Below, piece after piece: positions 1 through 9,120 of a stretch of DNA of 64,000 nt. The DNA is from an uncultured bacterium (lineage in GTDB: Bacteria > Patescibacteriota > Minisyncoccia > Phycocordibacterales > GWA1-40-21), in NCBI GenBank assembly GCA_963716205.1, contig OY970290.1, positions 30,411 to 94,410 on the forward strand, given 5' to 3'. The notes under the pieces are model-generated. The model saw only the letters and a list, made by a program, of their open reading frames with translations, had not been told where the DNA came from and did not search any database. The first letter of the stretch is position 1. The number at the start of each line of letters is the position of its first letter. The position numbers and the translations under genes were made by a program.

Positions 1-102
1 TCTCGAAACTTTTGCGTACAAAAAATTTTCGGAAATTGTCATTCCGCTTTTGATTGCGTCTTCTATATCTTTCCGGCTTGCCCGATATTTCCTTTTCAGC
101 AT
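1..102 (-). CDS. rnpA: Ribonuclease P protein component, 5' part (truncated by window edge)
   Basis: Manual translation MLKRKYRASRKDIEDAIKSG... resembles the RnpA N-terminus; follows rpmH, the canonical order. Confidence 0.85.
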   Translation of the reverse strand, partial: MLKRKYRASRKDIEDAIKSGMTISENFLYAKVSR

Positions 103-152
103 GGCACCACTATAACGCATAAAACAAAAATCCGCGATATGCGGATTTTTGT

Positions 153-302
153 TTATTTTCTTTTTTTGGAAACAGTGAGCTTTGCTCGTCCTTTCTGTCT
201 TCTTCGTTTAATAGTGTTTCTGCCGTATTTGCTCTTACTTCGCGATAGAAAACCGTGGGTTTTTGCCCGCTTTCTTTTATTTGGTTTGTATGTGAATGAC
301 AT
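153..302 (-). CDS. rpmH: 50S ribosomal protein bL34
   Basis: [19 protein letters not shown]...GR.....RR.KGR..L signature; divergent from dnaA. Confidence 0.97.
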   Translation of the reverse strand: MSFTYKPNKRKRAKTHGFLSRSKSKYGRNTIKRRRQKGRAKLTVSKKRK

Positions 303-399
303 GAGAAAAGCATACATCAAAGTTGAAAAAATGTAAAGCATATTTTTCAAATTTTTTCTGTATAATGGTGGTGTCTCGTTTCAAAAAATTAATTTTTCT

Positions 400-430
400 C
401 TGTCAACGTTTTATACACAGTTTGTGCACA
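400..430 (+). promoter_or_regulatory. DnaA boxes upstream of dnaA
   Basis: TTATACACA at 411-419 matches TTATNCACA; TTGTGCACA at 422-430; weaker CTGTCAACG at 400-408; 11-bp spacing. Confidence 0.75.
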
Positions 431-476
431 AAAATAAATTTTCATGTATCAGCATATCAACCTATAATTGAAACAC

Positions 477-1808
477 ATGACGGACAACAAAACTCTTTGG
501 AACAATCTTCTCGCCCAGATAGAACTCGATATTTCGAAAGCAAATTTCAGTATGTGGTTCAAAGACACCTATATCATCAAACAGGAAGACGGCACCGTCT
601 ATCTTGGTGTTCCGAATATTTTTGTCAAAGACTGGTTGATGAACAAGTATCACAAAGACATCATGAAAAATCTTAGGAATTTCGGCGAGCATATACGAAA
701 TGTTGAATACATCGTATCAAAAGAGGAAAACAAAAATCACACAAAAGAGCCGGTGAATGTGAATGAGCTTCCGCTGAATGATTTTTATATCAACAAAGAA
801 GACAATTTGAATCCGAAATATACATTCAAAACATTTGTCATTGGTCCGTTTAACGAACTCGCTCATGCCGCCTCGCAGGCGATTTTGAAAAGAACCGCGA
901 CATACAACCCTCTTTTTATTTTCGGCTCGACCGGTCACGGCAAGACGCATTTGATCCAGGCAATCGGTAATCAATTCAAAGAGGATGATCAAAACAAGAA
1001 AATTTATTATATGACGAGCGAGCGGTTTGCAAATGATTATTTGAATTCCCTCAACAGCGGGGAAATAAACACCTTCAAAGAAAAATACAAGAAATACGAT
1101 GTTTTGATTATTGACGATATCCAATTTTTGTCCGCAAAAACAAAAACCCAGGAAGAATTTTTTCATTTGTTCAACAGCTTTCACGACAGCGGCAAGCAAT
1201 TGATCTTTTCCTCGGACAAACACCCGAACTTCATTACCGATATTGAAGATCGCATCAAATCAAGATTCAATGCCGGAATGATCCTTGAAATCCAAAAGCC
1301 TGAATTTGAATCAAGAATCCAAATTTTCAGAAAAAAAGCGTCTTTGATGAACCTGCTTCTTTCAAATGAAATGGTTGAGTTTCTGGCATCGTCTGTTGAT
1401 GGCAATATCCGTGAGCTTGAAGGCATCCTAAACCTTATTTTGTGCCAAACACAGCTGAAAAACAAGGAGTTGAACATAAATGAGGTTAAAGAACTGCTAA
1501 AAAACACTTCGAAACCGAAAAAAAATGTGTCTGCAAAAGATGTTATTCGTGTCGTTTCTGAATTTTACGGAATCGACGAGTCTACGGTATCGGAAAAAGG
1601 GAGAAAAAAAGAGGTTATCAAACCACGACAAGTGATTATGTATATTTTGCGTGAGGATTTTGATATTTCCTTTCCTTCAATTGGTGACAAAGTGGGAAAC
1701 CGTGATCATTCGACGGTTATTCATTCATATGAGAAAATCAAAAATGATTTAAAAACAAATCCTGAACTCGTCCAAGAAATAGACAGGATCCGATCGATGT
1801 TGAAATGA
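477..1808 (+). CDS. dnaA: Chromosomal replication initiator DnaA
   Basis: YNPLFIFGSTGHGKTHL Walker A, LIIDDIQF Walker B, RELEG, RDHSTV in domain IV; ATG 477 preferred over TTG 468. Confidence 0.98.
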   Translation: MTDNKTLWNNLLAQIELDISKANFSMWFKDTYIIKQEDGTVYLGVPNIFVKDWLMNKYHKDIMKNLRNFGEHIRNVEYIVSKEENKNHTKEPVNVNELPLNDFYINKEDNLNPKYTFKTFVIGPFNELAHAASQAILKRTATYNPLFIFGSTGHGKTHLIQAIGNQFKEDDQNKKIYYMTSERFANDYLNSLNSGEINTFKEKYKKYDVLIIDDIQFLSAKTKTQEEFFHLFNSFHDSGKQLIFSSDKHPNFITDIEDRIKSRFNAGMILEIQKPEFESRIQIFRKKASLMNLLLSNEMVEFLASSVDGNIRELEGILNLILCQTQLKNKELNINEVKELLKNTSKPKKNVSAKDVIRVVSEFYGIDESTVSEKGRKKEVIKPRQVIMYILREDFDISFPSIGDKVGNRDHSTVIHSYEKIKNDLKTNPELVQEIDRIRSMLK

Positions 1809-2003
1809 TTGTTTATAATATATGGAAAAGATATGGAGAATTTATTTGAAAACATGTTGAGAAATTATGGATAAAAAATCAAGAAAAAATAAATAACAAA
1901 CAATACACACTATAAATACACAAGAAATTAAATTTAAAGTTATAAAATAAAGATTATAAACATATAAACATATAAACAAGTATAATAAAAATAAAGATAT
2001 ATT
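1809..2003. other. Probable oriC (dnaA-dnaN intergenic region)
   Basis: Extremely AT-rich 195 bp with phased degenerate DnaA boxes and TATAAACA x3 at 1955-1978. Confidence 0.75.
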
Positions 2004-3104
2004 ATGAAAATAGAATGTATAAAAGAAAAACTTCATGTCGCGGTGTCGAAAGCGGAAAAAATCGTAGGAAGAAATTCCAACATCCCTATATTATCTTGTT
2101 TATTATTTGAAACAAAAGGGAATAATCTAGTTATTAAATCAACAAATTTGGATTTAGGTTTGGAAATAACTATTCCGGTAAAAATACTCGAGCAAGGAAA
2201 GGTGGCTGTTCCAGCAACTATTTTAAGTAGTTTTTTGAATAATATTAATGACGATAAAAATGTTTTTTTGGAAACAAAAGAAAATATTTTGAATATCCAC
2301 ACCCAAAACAGTGAGGTGAATATAAAAACAATATCATTTGAAGATTTTCCAACCATTCCATATATTGAGAATGGAAAAATAATAAAAATACACTCAAAAG
2401 ATTTTATAAATGGCATCAAATCCGTAATTTACAGTGCGTCATTATCATCCGTCAAACCGGAACTTTCCAGTGTATACATGTACTCTATTGAAGATCAGTT
2501 ATTTTTTGTCGCAACCGATTCATTCCGTCTTGCTGAAAAAACAATAAAAACAAAGAAAAATACAGCAATCCACGGAATTCTCATGCCATTTAAAAATGCA
2601 GCTGACACACTAAAAATTATTGATACCATTGACGAAGAAATAGAAATAAATTCAACAAAAAATCAAATTTCCCTGACTTTTAACGGGATGTATTTGGTCT
2701 CAAGGGTTATTGACGGCGTATTCCCCGATTATAAACAAATAATTCCCAAAGAAGAAAAAACAAAGGTGACGGTTTTGAAACAAGATCTGATCAATACATT
2801 GAAAATATCAAGTATTTTTTCCGATAATTTCAACCAAATAAATATAAGTATTGCTGCAGGCGAAAAATATGTCGAAATCAAAACAAAAAATGCGAATATT
2901 GGCGAAAATACGAATAAAATAGAAGCGACGGTGGAAGGTGAGAGTGTCGAAGTGAATTTCAATCACCGATACATTGTTGACTGTCTTAATTCGATTTCCT
3001 CGGACAGTATTTCCTTATTTTTCAACGGTATTAACAAGCCGCTTGTCATTCGTGGAACTTCCGACAAAACATTCATGTATCTGGTAATGCCGATGAATAG
3101 ATAA
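2004..3104 (+). CDS. dnaN: DNA polymerase III beta sliding clamp
   Basis: STNLDLG, VATDSFRLA, G.FPDYKQIIP, C-terminal LVMPM; follows dnaA. Confidence 0.98.
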   Translation: MKIECIKEKLHVAVSKAEKIVGRNSNIPILSCLLFETKGNNLVIKSTNLDLGLEITIPVKILEQGKVAVPATILSSFLNNINDDKNVFLETKENILNIHTQNSEVNIKTISFEDFPTIPYIENGKIIKIHSKDFINGIKSVIYSASLSSVKPELSSVYMYSIEDQLFFVATDSFRLAEKTIKTKKNTAIHGILMPFKNAADTLKIIDTIDEEIEINSTKNQISLTFNGMYLVSRVIDGVFPDYKQIIPKEEKTKVTVLKQDLINTLKISSIFSDNFNQINISIAAGEKYVEIKTKNANIGENTNKIEATVEGESVEVNFNHRYIVDCLNSISSDSISLFFNGINKPLVIRGTSDKTFMYLVMPMNR

Positions 3105-3107
3105 ACC

Positions 3108-3362
3108 ATGTTTGATATTGCCCGCTATCTGGAAAAGTTCAAAAAATTCTCCCAATCCAGGGATTTTTTGAGAAATTCCGTGGCGGAAAGCATAGAAGAA
3201 ATCTGCAATATAGAAATTGATCCAAAAAAGATTGTTGTGAAGGATGGTGTTGCCTGGATCAGCGAACGACCCATTGTAAAAAGCGAAATTTTCCTGAAAA
3301 AAACTAAGATTTTGGAGCTTTTAAACAAAAAACTTGAAAATAAAATCAGTGAGATTTTATAA
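3108..3362 (+). CDS. Small protein, possibly DciA (DUF721)-like helicase operator
   Basis: 84 aa, 3 nt after dnaN; '...VAWISERPIVKSEIFLKKTKILELLNKKL' pattern recalls DUF721. Confidence 0.5.
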   Translation: MFDIARYLEKFKKFSQSRDFLRNSVAESIEEICNIEIDPKKIVVKDGVAWISERPIVKSEIFLKKTKILELLNKKLENKISEIL

Positions 3363-3867
3363 CCCTGTAATGTAATTGCACCGTATCTTTATTCATTTTA
3401 TTTATTTCTAGAAGTTCCAAGTCGTATTCAAAATTATCATCATTGAATATTTTTATTCCCTTACCAAACAATAAAGGTTCGATATCAAGATATATTTCAT
3501 CTATCAGCCCTTCTTTCATGAAAGAACTATTTAATTGACCTCCGCCAGCCAAAAAAGCAGTTTTGAAACCTCTATCTTCAAGTAATTGAATAATATCCTT
3601 TGGGGATTTGTTTGTAATCAATACTTTATCACCCCACGTATTTTTTATTGATTCGTGAGAGACAACAATATTCAAAGCGTCGGGAAATGGGAAAAATTCC
3701 TTCTCAATAATATATAAATGAGTATTTTTTCCCATGATAACATTTCCAACTTTTTTACTCAGCTCATAAAAACCTTTCAGATCTTCGTCGGAAGTAAATT
3801 CCGAGTCACCGTTTTGTTTGGCAATATATCCATTTGCCGAAATACCCATGTAAAGAATTAATTTCAT
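3346..3867 (-). CDS. Dihydrofolate reductase / RibD C-terminal family protein
   Basis: ISANGYIA, VIMGKNT, LAGGGQL, GLIDEIYL..EP.LFGKG motifs. Confidence 0.9.
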   Translation of the reverse strand: MKLILYMGISANGYIAKQNGDSEFTSDEDLKGFYELSKKVGNVIMGKNTHLYIIEKEFFPFPDALNIVVSHESIKNTWGDKVLITNKSPKDIIQLLEDRGFKTAFLAGGGQLNSSFMKEGLIDEIYLDIEPLLFGKGIKIFNDDNFEYDLELLEINKMNKDTVQLHYRVIKSH

Positions 3868-3878
3868 ATAAAATATAT

Positions 3879-6428
3879 TTATTGATTAATCGTAATCGGT
3901 ATCGTAATGTCGCCTTCGTTATATACACTGTCGGTTACCGCGACTTTTAAATTATTTACTCCGGGAAGAAGCGATTGAAAAGAGGACGGAATAAAACTGA
4001 ACACAAACGGCGCGGTGTCTGATGTGCCGATAAGCTGGTTGTTCAGGTAAAAATTTGCGCTCGCCACCGGATATGTTGAGTGCGTAGTAAACGCTATCAT
4101 GATGCGGCTGCTCGAGCCGTAAGTTCCGTTTTGTGTCGGCGAAACAAGGTTGATAGTAGGTATATTTGCCGGTATATGAACATTATCATACATAGTCGGT
4201 TCAACGACTGCCGGTTGCGGATGGGTCAAGAGCCATTGCTGAATCGGATATTCCCAGAGATTGTATTGCGGGTCGGTCGTCGGGTCTGACGGCTGTGGTC
4301 CATTCGGATCATCTTTGTCCACCCAATAAAGAATCGAGTGGATATTTGGTATCGCAATTTCTTCTTTTGTTTCGGGCGGCGTGGAGCTTGTTGCAAGCAA
4401 TCCTGAAACTTTATCGATGAAAAAAGTATCATCCCCCTGCCAAATTCCGCGAAGCACCGGTTTGAGTGTTGGATCAATCGGCAAGGGCTTGTTAAAATCA
4501 TCAACACTGGTGCTTGCGAGCGCAACAGCCATGAGTTGCTGCCAAAGTGGTGCAACGATCAGTCCAGCGACATTTTTTACCATTGGTGTGTTGTCATTAT
4601 TGCCCGCCCACGTGCCGACGACGACGTCCGGTGTGTAGCCGATTGTCCATGCATCTCGGGAATCATTCGTCGTGCCTGTTTTTGCGGCAACTTCTCTTCC
4701 AGGAAACATAAATACGGAATTTGCACCGTATTCCGGCGCTTTGGCAACATTGTCTGAAAGAACATCATTCATCAGATCTGCAATGTTTGGTTGCAGTATC
4801 CGCGTGCTGCTTGTCGCGTATTGTTCAACAACATTTCCTTGACCGTCCGTTACCGAAAGAATTCCCGTGTAAGGGTTTCTGACGCCATCATTTGCGAAGA
4901 CACCGTATGCACTTGTCATATCAAGCAAAGAAACTTCTCCTCCGCCAAGAACGAGCGTCAGGCCGTATTGATTTGGATCATCGGAAAGACTGGTAATACC
5001 CATTGCTTTTGCAGTGTCGAGCGAATCTTGCTGTCCGGCGAGATAAAAAAGCTGAATGGAAGGAATATTCAAAGATAAATCGAGCGCTGTACGCAGAGAT
5101 ACTGGGCCGCGGTAGAGCCCGTCAAAATCTTGGGGCATATAGCATGCGGTTGAAGAAGAGACAACCATGTTCGGATCGATTTCCTGCCCTTGCGGATTGC
5201 AGGTGGTTTGAAATTCAGTCGGCAGATCAAAAAGAACCGTATCTGGTGTGTATCCTTTTTCAAAAGCGGTCGCATAAATGAACGGCTTGAATGTCGATCC
5301 GGGTTGTCGGTAGGCGAGCGCCACATTGAACTGACCGTCTGTTGTTGTGGAGAAATAATTTTCCGATCCGATCATGGCGAGAATTTGTCCCGTCTTCGGA
5401 TCGATTGCGACCGCCGCGGTATTTGATGCGTTGAAATTTTTCTGAAGTGTCGGCGCATAATTTGTCACGATTTTTTCCATTTGCGACTGCAAGCTGTAAT
5501 CAAGCGTCGTGATAACTTTATATCCATTTTCCTCCACCGCATCCTCGCCGTATTTATTGACCAGATATTGCTCTATGAATTCGACAAAGTGGGGAGCAAG
5601 AATACCATTTGGCGACGGGGGTTCAAACTGGACATTTTCTGCTGCCGCTTCATTGTATTGGTTTTGAGTGATGAATTTATTATCGAGCATTTTTTGTAGC
5701 ACGAGATTTTTCCTGGCGTCAAGCTCTGTTTTATTTTGTCCATAGGGAGAATAATAGGTCGGTGCATTTGCAATCGCGGCGATATATGCAGCTTGAGCAA
5801 GATCAACATTTGCCGAGCTTGTCCCGAAGAATTTCTGGCTGGCTTCCTCGACGCCGTAGGTATTTCCGCCGTACGGATTTCCATTAAGATATAGGGAAAG
5901 AATATCATCCTTGCTCATTTGCTTTTCAAGTTCCATTGAGAGTACAATTTCTTTTAATTTTCTTGAAATGCTTTTTTCATTTGTCAGAACGGAATTTTTA
6001 ATGACTTGCTGGGTGATGGTGGAGCCGCCCTGGCTGAAACTGCCGGAAAAAACATCGACGAGAAGCGATCGTACGATCGATGTTATTTTTATAGCTCCCT
6101 CCGAATAAAAACTCGGATCCTCAATGGCAACGGTTGCATCTTTAATATATTGGCTGATTTCGTCAAACGGCACGACAGTTCTATTTTGATCCTGATGAAT
6201 ACTGTAAAGCAAAACCGTTCCCGTACGGTCATATATATTTGTTGACTGGGCGACTTTAATCGTATTGAATGATGAAAGATCCGGAAGCTTGAAAGTGGAA
6301 ATCCATAACGCAATGCAGCCGAAGAAAATCAAAATAAGCGCGGCGATGCCGATAAAAATCGCTTTTTTGTCGTGTTTCCAGGTATGTCTTATTGAATGAA
6401 CGATTCTTTTGGTGTGTTTTTGAACCAT
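3879..6428 (-). CDS. Class A penicillin-binding protein (PBP1A family) with C-terminal Ig-like domain
   Basis: N-terminal TM; transglycosylase EDPSF and GGSTITQQ; transpeptidase STFK, SLN, KTGT. Confidence 0.95.
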   Translation of the reverse strand: MVQKHTKRIVHSIRHTWKHDKKAIFIGIAALILIFFGCIALWISTFKLPDLSSFNTIKVAQSTNIYDRTGTVLLYSIHQDQNRTVVPFDEISQYIKDATVAIEDPSFYSEGAIKITSIVRSLLVDVFSGSFSQGGSTITQQVIKNSVLTNEKSISRKLKEIVLSMELEKQMSKDDILSLYLNGNPYGGNTYGVEEASQKFFGTSSANVDLAQAAYIAAIANAPTYYSPYGQNKTELDARKNLVLQKMLDNKFITQNQYNEAAAENVQFEPPSPNGILAPHFVEFIEQYLVNKYGEDAVEENGYKVITTLDYSLQSQMEKIVTNYAPTLQKNFNASNTAAVAIDPKTGQILAMIGSENYFSTTTDGQFNVALAYRQPGSTFKPFIYATAFEKGYTPDTVLFDLPTEFQTTCNPQGQEIDPNMVVSSSTACYMPQDFDGLYRGPVSLRTALDLSLNIPSIQLFYLAGQQDSLDTAKAMGITSLSDDPNQYGLTLVLGGGEVSLLDMTSAYGVFANDGVRNPYTGILSVTDGQGNVVEQYATSSTRILQPNIADLMNDVLSDNVAKAPEYGANSVFMFPGREVAAKTGTTNDSRDAWTIGYTPDVVVGTWAGNNDNTPMVKNVAGLIVAPLWQQLMAVALASTSVDDFNKPLPIDPTLKPVLRGIWQGDDTFFIDKVSGLLATSSTPPETKEEIAIPNIHSILYWVDKDDPNGPQPSDPTTDPQYNLWEYPIQQWLLTHPQPAVVEPTMYDNVHIPANIPTINLVSPTQNGTYGSSSRIMIAFTTHSTYPVASANFYLNNQLIGTSDTAPFVFSFIPSSFQSLLPGVNNLKVAVTDSVYNEGDITIPITINQ

Positions 6429-6496
6429 TGCGGCACATTATACCATATTTGTGGGTATTCAGTGCAAAAAAATGCGGATTATGCTACATTTTGAGC

Positions 6497-7696
6497 ATGA
6501 TAAACACTGATCCGAAGAAAATAGAGGAATTTCTCACTCGTGGTGTTGAAAATATTTTTCCAAACAAAGTATTTGTCCAAAAAGAGCTTCAAAGCGGAAA
6601 AAGATTGAAAATGTATCTTGGCATCGATCCGACCGGACCAACGCTTCACATGGGCCATGCGGTTCAATTGAAAAAATTAAAAGAATTCCAGGATCTCGGG
6701 CATGAAGTCGTCATGCTTATCGGAGATTTTACCGCAATGATCGGCGATCCGACGGATAAAGCGGCAACTAGAAAACAGCTTACTCGAAAACAGGTGATGC
6801 TTAATGCGAAGCTCTACAAAAAACAAGCATCAGTGTTTTTAAAATTTGGTTTTGGCGGAGCAAAAATAAAATACAACTCAAAATGGCTTGAGAAAATGAA
6901 ATTTCAGGATGTCGTCAACCTTGCTTCAAAAACAACCGTTGATCAATTACTGAAAAGAGAAATGTTTCAAAAAAGAATGGGTGAAAACAAACCCATCTAC
7001 AACCATGAATTTTTATATCCGCTGATGCAAGGATACGATAGCGTTGTTCTAAAAGTAGACGGCGAGATCGGCGGGAATGACCAGATGTTCAACATGCTTG
7101 TCGGGCGAGATCTTGAAAAAAATATTTTGAATAAAGAAAAATTTGTCATCGCTACAAAACTTTTGGCTGATAATTCCGGAATCAAAATGGGAAAGACGGA
7201 AGGAAATATGGTCGCTTTGAATGATTCGCCGGAAGAAATGCTCGGTAAGGTGATGTCATGGACGGACGGAATGATTTTGCCGGCATTTGAAATTTGCACC
7301 TATGCGCCGATAGAAGAAATTGAGAAAATAAAAATGAAAATAGAGAACGGAGCAAATCCTCGCGATCTCAAGATGCGATTGGCAAAAGAGATTGTGACCA
7401 TCTATCACGGAGCTGAAAAAGCAAAAAAAGCGGAGGAAAATTTCATTGAAACTTTCAAAAAAGGCGGTGTGCCGGAAAATATTGAGCAAGTGAAAGGTGG
7501 AAATAACAGACTTCTTTCTGAAGTTTTACTCGGCGCAAAAATTGTCGAGTCAAAATCCGATTTCAGAAGATTGGTGCTTGAAGGCGCGGTATCCGATGCA
7601 GTATCAGGTGAAAAAATTACCGATCCAAATTATAAAGTTGAAAAAGAAATTACTCTCAAAATAGGGAAGAAGAGGTTTGTAAAGATAAATTTATAA
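6497..7696 (+). CDS. tyrS: Tyrosine--tRNA ligase
   Basis: GIDPTGPTLHMGH, YPLMQGYD, GGNDQ, KMGKT, C-terminal S4-like domain; start moved to ATG 6497. Confidence 0.97.
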   Translation: MINTDPKKIEEFLTRGVENIFPNKVFVQKELQSGKRLKMYLGIDPTGPTLHMGHAVQLKKLKEFQDLGHEVVMLIGDFTAMIGDPTDKAATRKQLTRKQVMLNAKLYKKQASVFLKFGFGGAKIKYNSKWLEKMKFQDVVNLASKTTVDQLLKREMFQKRMGENKPIYNHEFLYPLMQGYDSVVLKVDGEIGGNDQMFNMLVGRDLEKNILNKEKFVIATKLLADNSGIKMGKTEGNMVALNDSPEEMLGKVMSWTDGMILPAFEICTYAPIEEIEKIKMKIENGANPRDLKMRLAKEIVTIYHGAEKAKKAEENFIETFKKGGVPENIEQVKGGNNRLLSEVLLGAKIVESKSDFRRLVLEGAVSDAVSGEKITDPNYKVEKEITLKIGKKRFVKINL

Positions 7697-7699
7697 TTT

Positions 7700-8180
7700 A
7701 TGAGAATCATCGCAATCGACCCCGGATATGAAAGAATGGGTGTGGCAATCATAGAAAAAAATTCAAATAAAGAGAATTTAGTTTTTTCCGAGTGTTTCAA
7801 AACGTCCGCGAAAATTCCGCATGAAGAAAGATTAAAACTCATTGGGCAGGAAATAGAAAAATGTATCAAAAAATACGAGCCGCAAGCGATGGCGATTGAA
7901 ACGCTTTTTTTTACCAACAATCAAAAGACTGCGATGCATGTCTCGGAAGCTCGCGGAGTGATGCTCTATGTCGCGTCAGTTACGAGACTTTCTGTCGCAG
8001 AATTTTCCCCCATGGCGATTAAAGTTGCAGTGACCGGATACGGAGGCAAGCGATAAAGAGCAGGTGACGGCTATGGTGCAGAAACTCATTCAAACAAAAA
8101 CCGATATTAAATATGACGACGAATACGATGCGATAGCGGTCGGACTGACTTTTTTTGCTACGAATTCAAATAGAAAATAA
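7700..8180 (+). pseudogene. ruvC: Holliday junction resolvase RuvC, frameshifted near 8045
   Basis: IAIDPG...E.LFF..N...EARGV...VTGYG stops at 8056; the +1 frame continues ASDKEQVTAMV...DDEYDAIAVG to TAA 8180. Confidence 0.85.
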
Positions 8181-8183
8181 TTT

Positions 8184-8438
8184 TTACCACTCGGCAGGAT
8201 TGTAATCCAAATCTTCTTCGTCCTCATCGTCATCGCCGTCAACGGTACCTTCATCATCAACAAGAAGCGGATCAATGGGTTCAACAGCTGCCGGTTCCTC
8301 AAACGCATCGAGAACACCATCGGAAATAACTCCGGTTTCTTTCACCTCTTCTTCTTCTTTTACTTCCTCTTTTGGAATTTCTTTTTTAACTTCCTTCAAT
8401 TTTTTTTCCGGTTTTGTGCTTTTACCTTTCGCTTTCAT
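8184..8438 (-). CDS. Hypothetical charge-segregated protein (Lys-rich N-terminus, Asp/Glu-rich C-terminus)
   Basis: 84-aa ORF filling the intergenic gap; strongly biased composition. Confidence 0.7.
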   Translation of the reverse strand: MKAKGKSTKPEKKLKEVKKEIPKEEVKEEEEVKETGVISDGVLDAFEEPAAVEPIDPLLVDDEGTVDGDDDEDEEDLDYNPAEW

Positions 8439-8544
8439 GGTGTATATCTTTTATTAATTGCTCTTTTTGAGCTAATGAAGATATTCTCCAAAATTATAAA
8501 AAATTTGCAAGCAAATAAGACTGTTGACAACTTTTCGAATGCAA

Positions 8545-9075
8545 TTACTCCGCGTTCGTATATATTTCCTGTACTTCCTCGTTGTTTTCGAGATCATCAA
8601 TAAGCTTTTCGAGCGCAGGTGCATCGGCATCGCCGACTTGCACCATTGTTTTTGGCATCCAGCCTTCGGGTGTTTTCTCAAACGCCCATGATGCACTTCC
8701 GGAGGTTGCGAGCGAAGTGCCGTTCTCGGAAAGAATATGCTTAATTTCCGCAGCTGCTTTATTTTTATTGGAAGTCAAAGCTTCAATGATAAGCGCCACG
8801 CCGGCAGGACCGTATGCTTCGTAAGTAATGAGTTCCATTTGTTCTGCACTGGCTCCCGTGGCTTTTTTGATTGCTCGCTCGATATTGTCGTTTGGCATGT
8901 CAAAAGAACGAGCTTTTTCAATCGCGGCTCGCAACCCAGGGGAGAGCATATTGCCGTTGGCTTTTTTTGCTTCAATCTGAAGTATCTTTGCCATTTTGGT
9001 GAAGACGGCACTTTTCTGCGCATCGGTCTTGGCTTTCAATCGTTTTATTTTTGAAAATTTATTATGTCCAGACAT
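8545..9075 (-). CDS. yebC: YebC/PmpR family protein (short, 176 aa)
   Basis: MSGHNKFSKIK, MP.DNIERAIKKA, YEAYGPAGVA, VQEIYTN. Confidence 0.95.
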   Translation of the reverse strand: MSGHNKFSKIKRLKAKTDAQKSAVFTKMAKILQIEAKKANGNMLSPGLRAAIEKARSFDMPNDNIERAIKKATGASAEQMELITYEAYGPAGVALIIEALTSNKNKAAAEIKHILSENGTSLATSGSASWAFEKTPEGWMPKTMVQVGDADAPALEKLIDDLENNEEVQEIYTNAE

Positions 9076-9120
9076 ATTTTTATATTGAAGAATATACCAT
9101 CAGATAGAAAAAAATAAAAG

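Noticed and set aside
3346-3867. Calling the DHFR-like gene folA
   Set aside because: Motifs fit the broader RibD-C/DHFR-like family; activity cannot be assigned from sequence, and ThyX users do not need FolA for thymidylate cycling
6392-6496. Upstream extensions in the ORF track (tyrS; likewise pilB1, polA, nusA, AI-2E, metG, secE, dcd, 57021, rpsF)
   Set aside because: Extensions overlap neighbours or promoters; homology and -10/SD signals fit the downstream ATG
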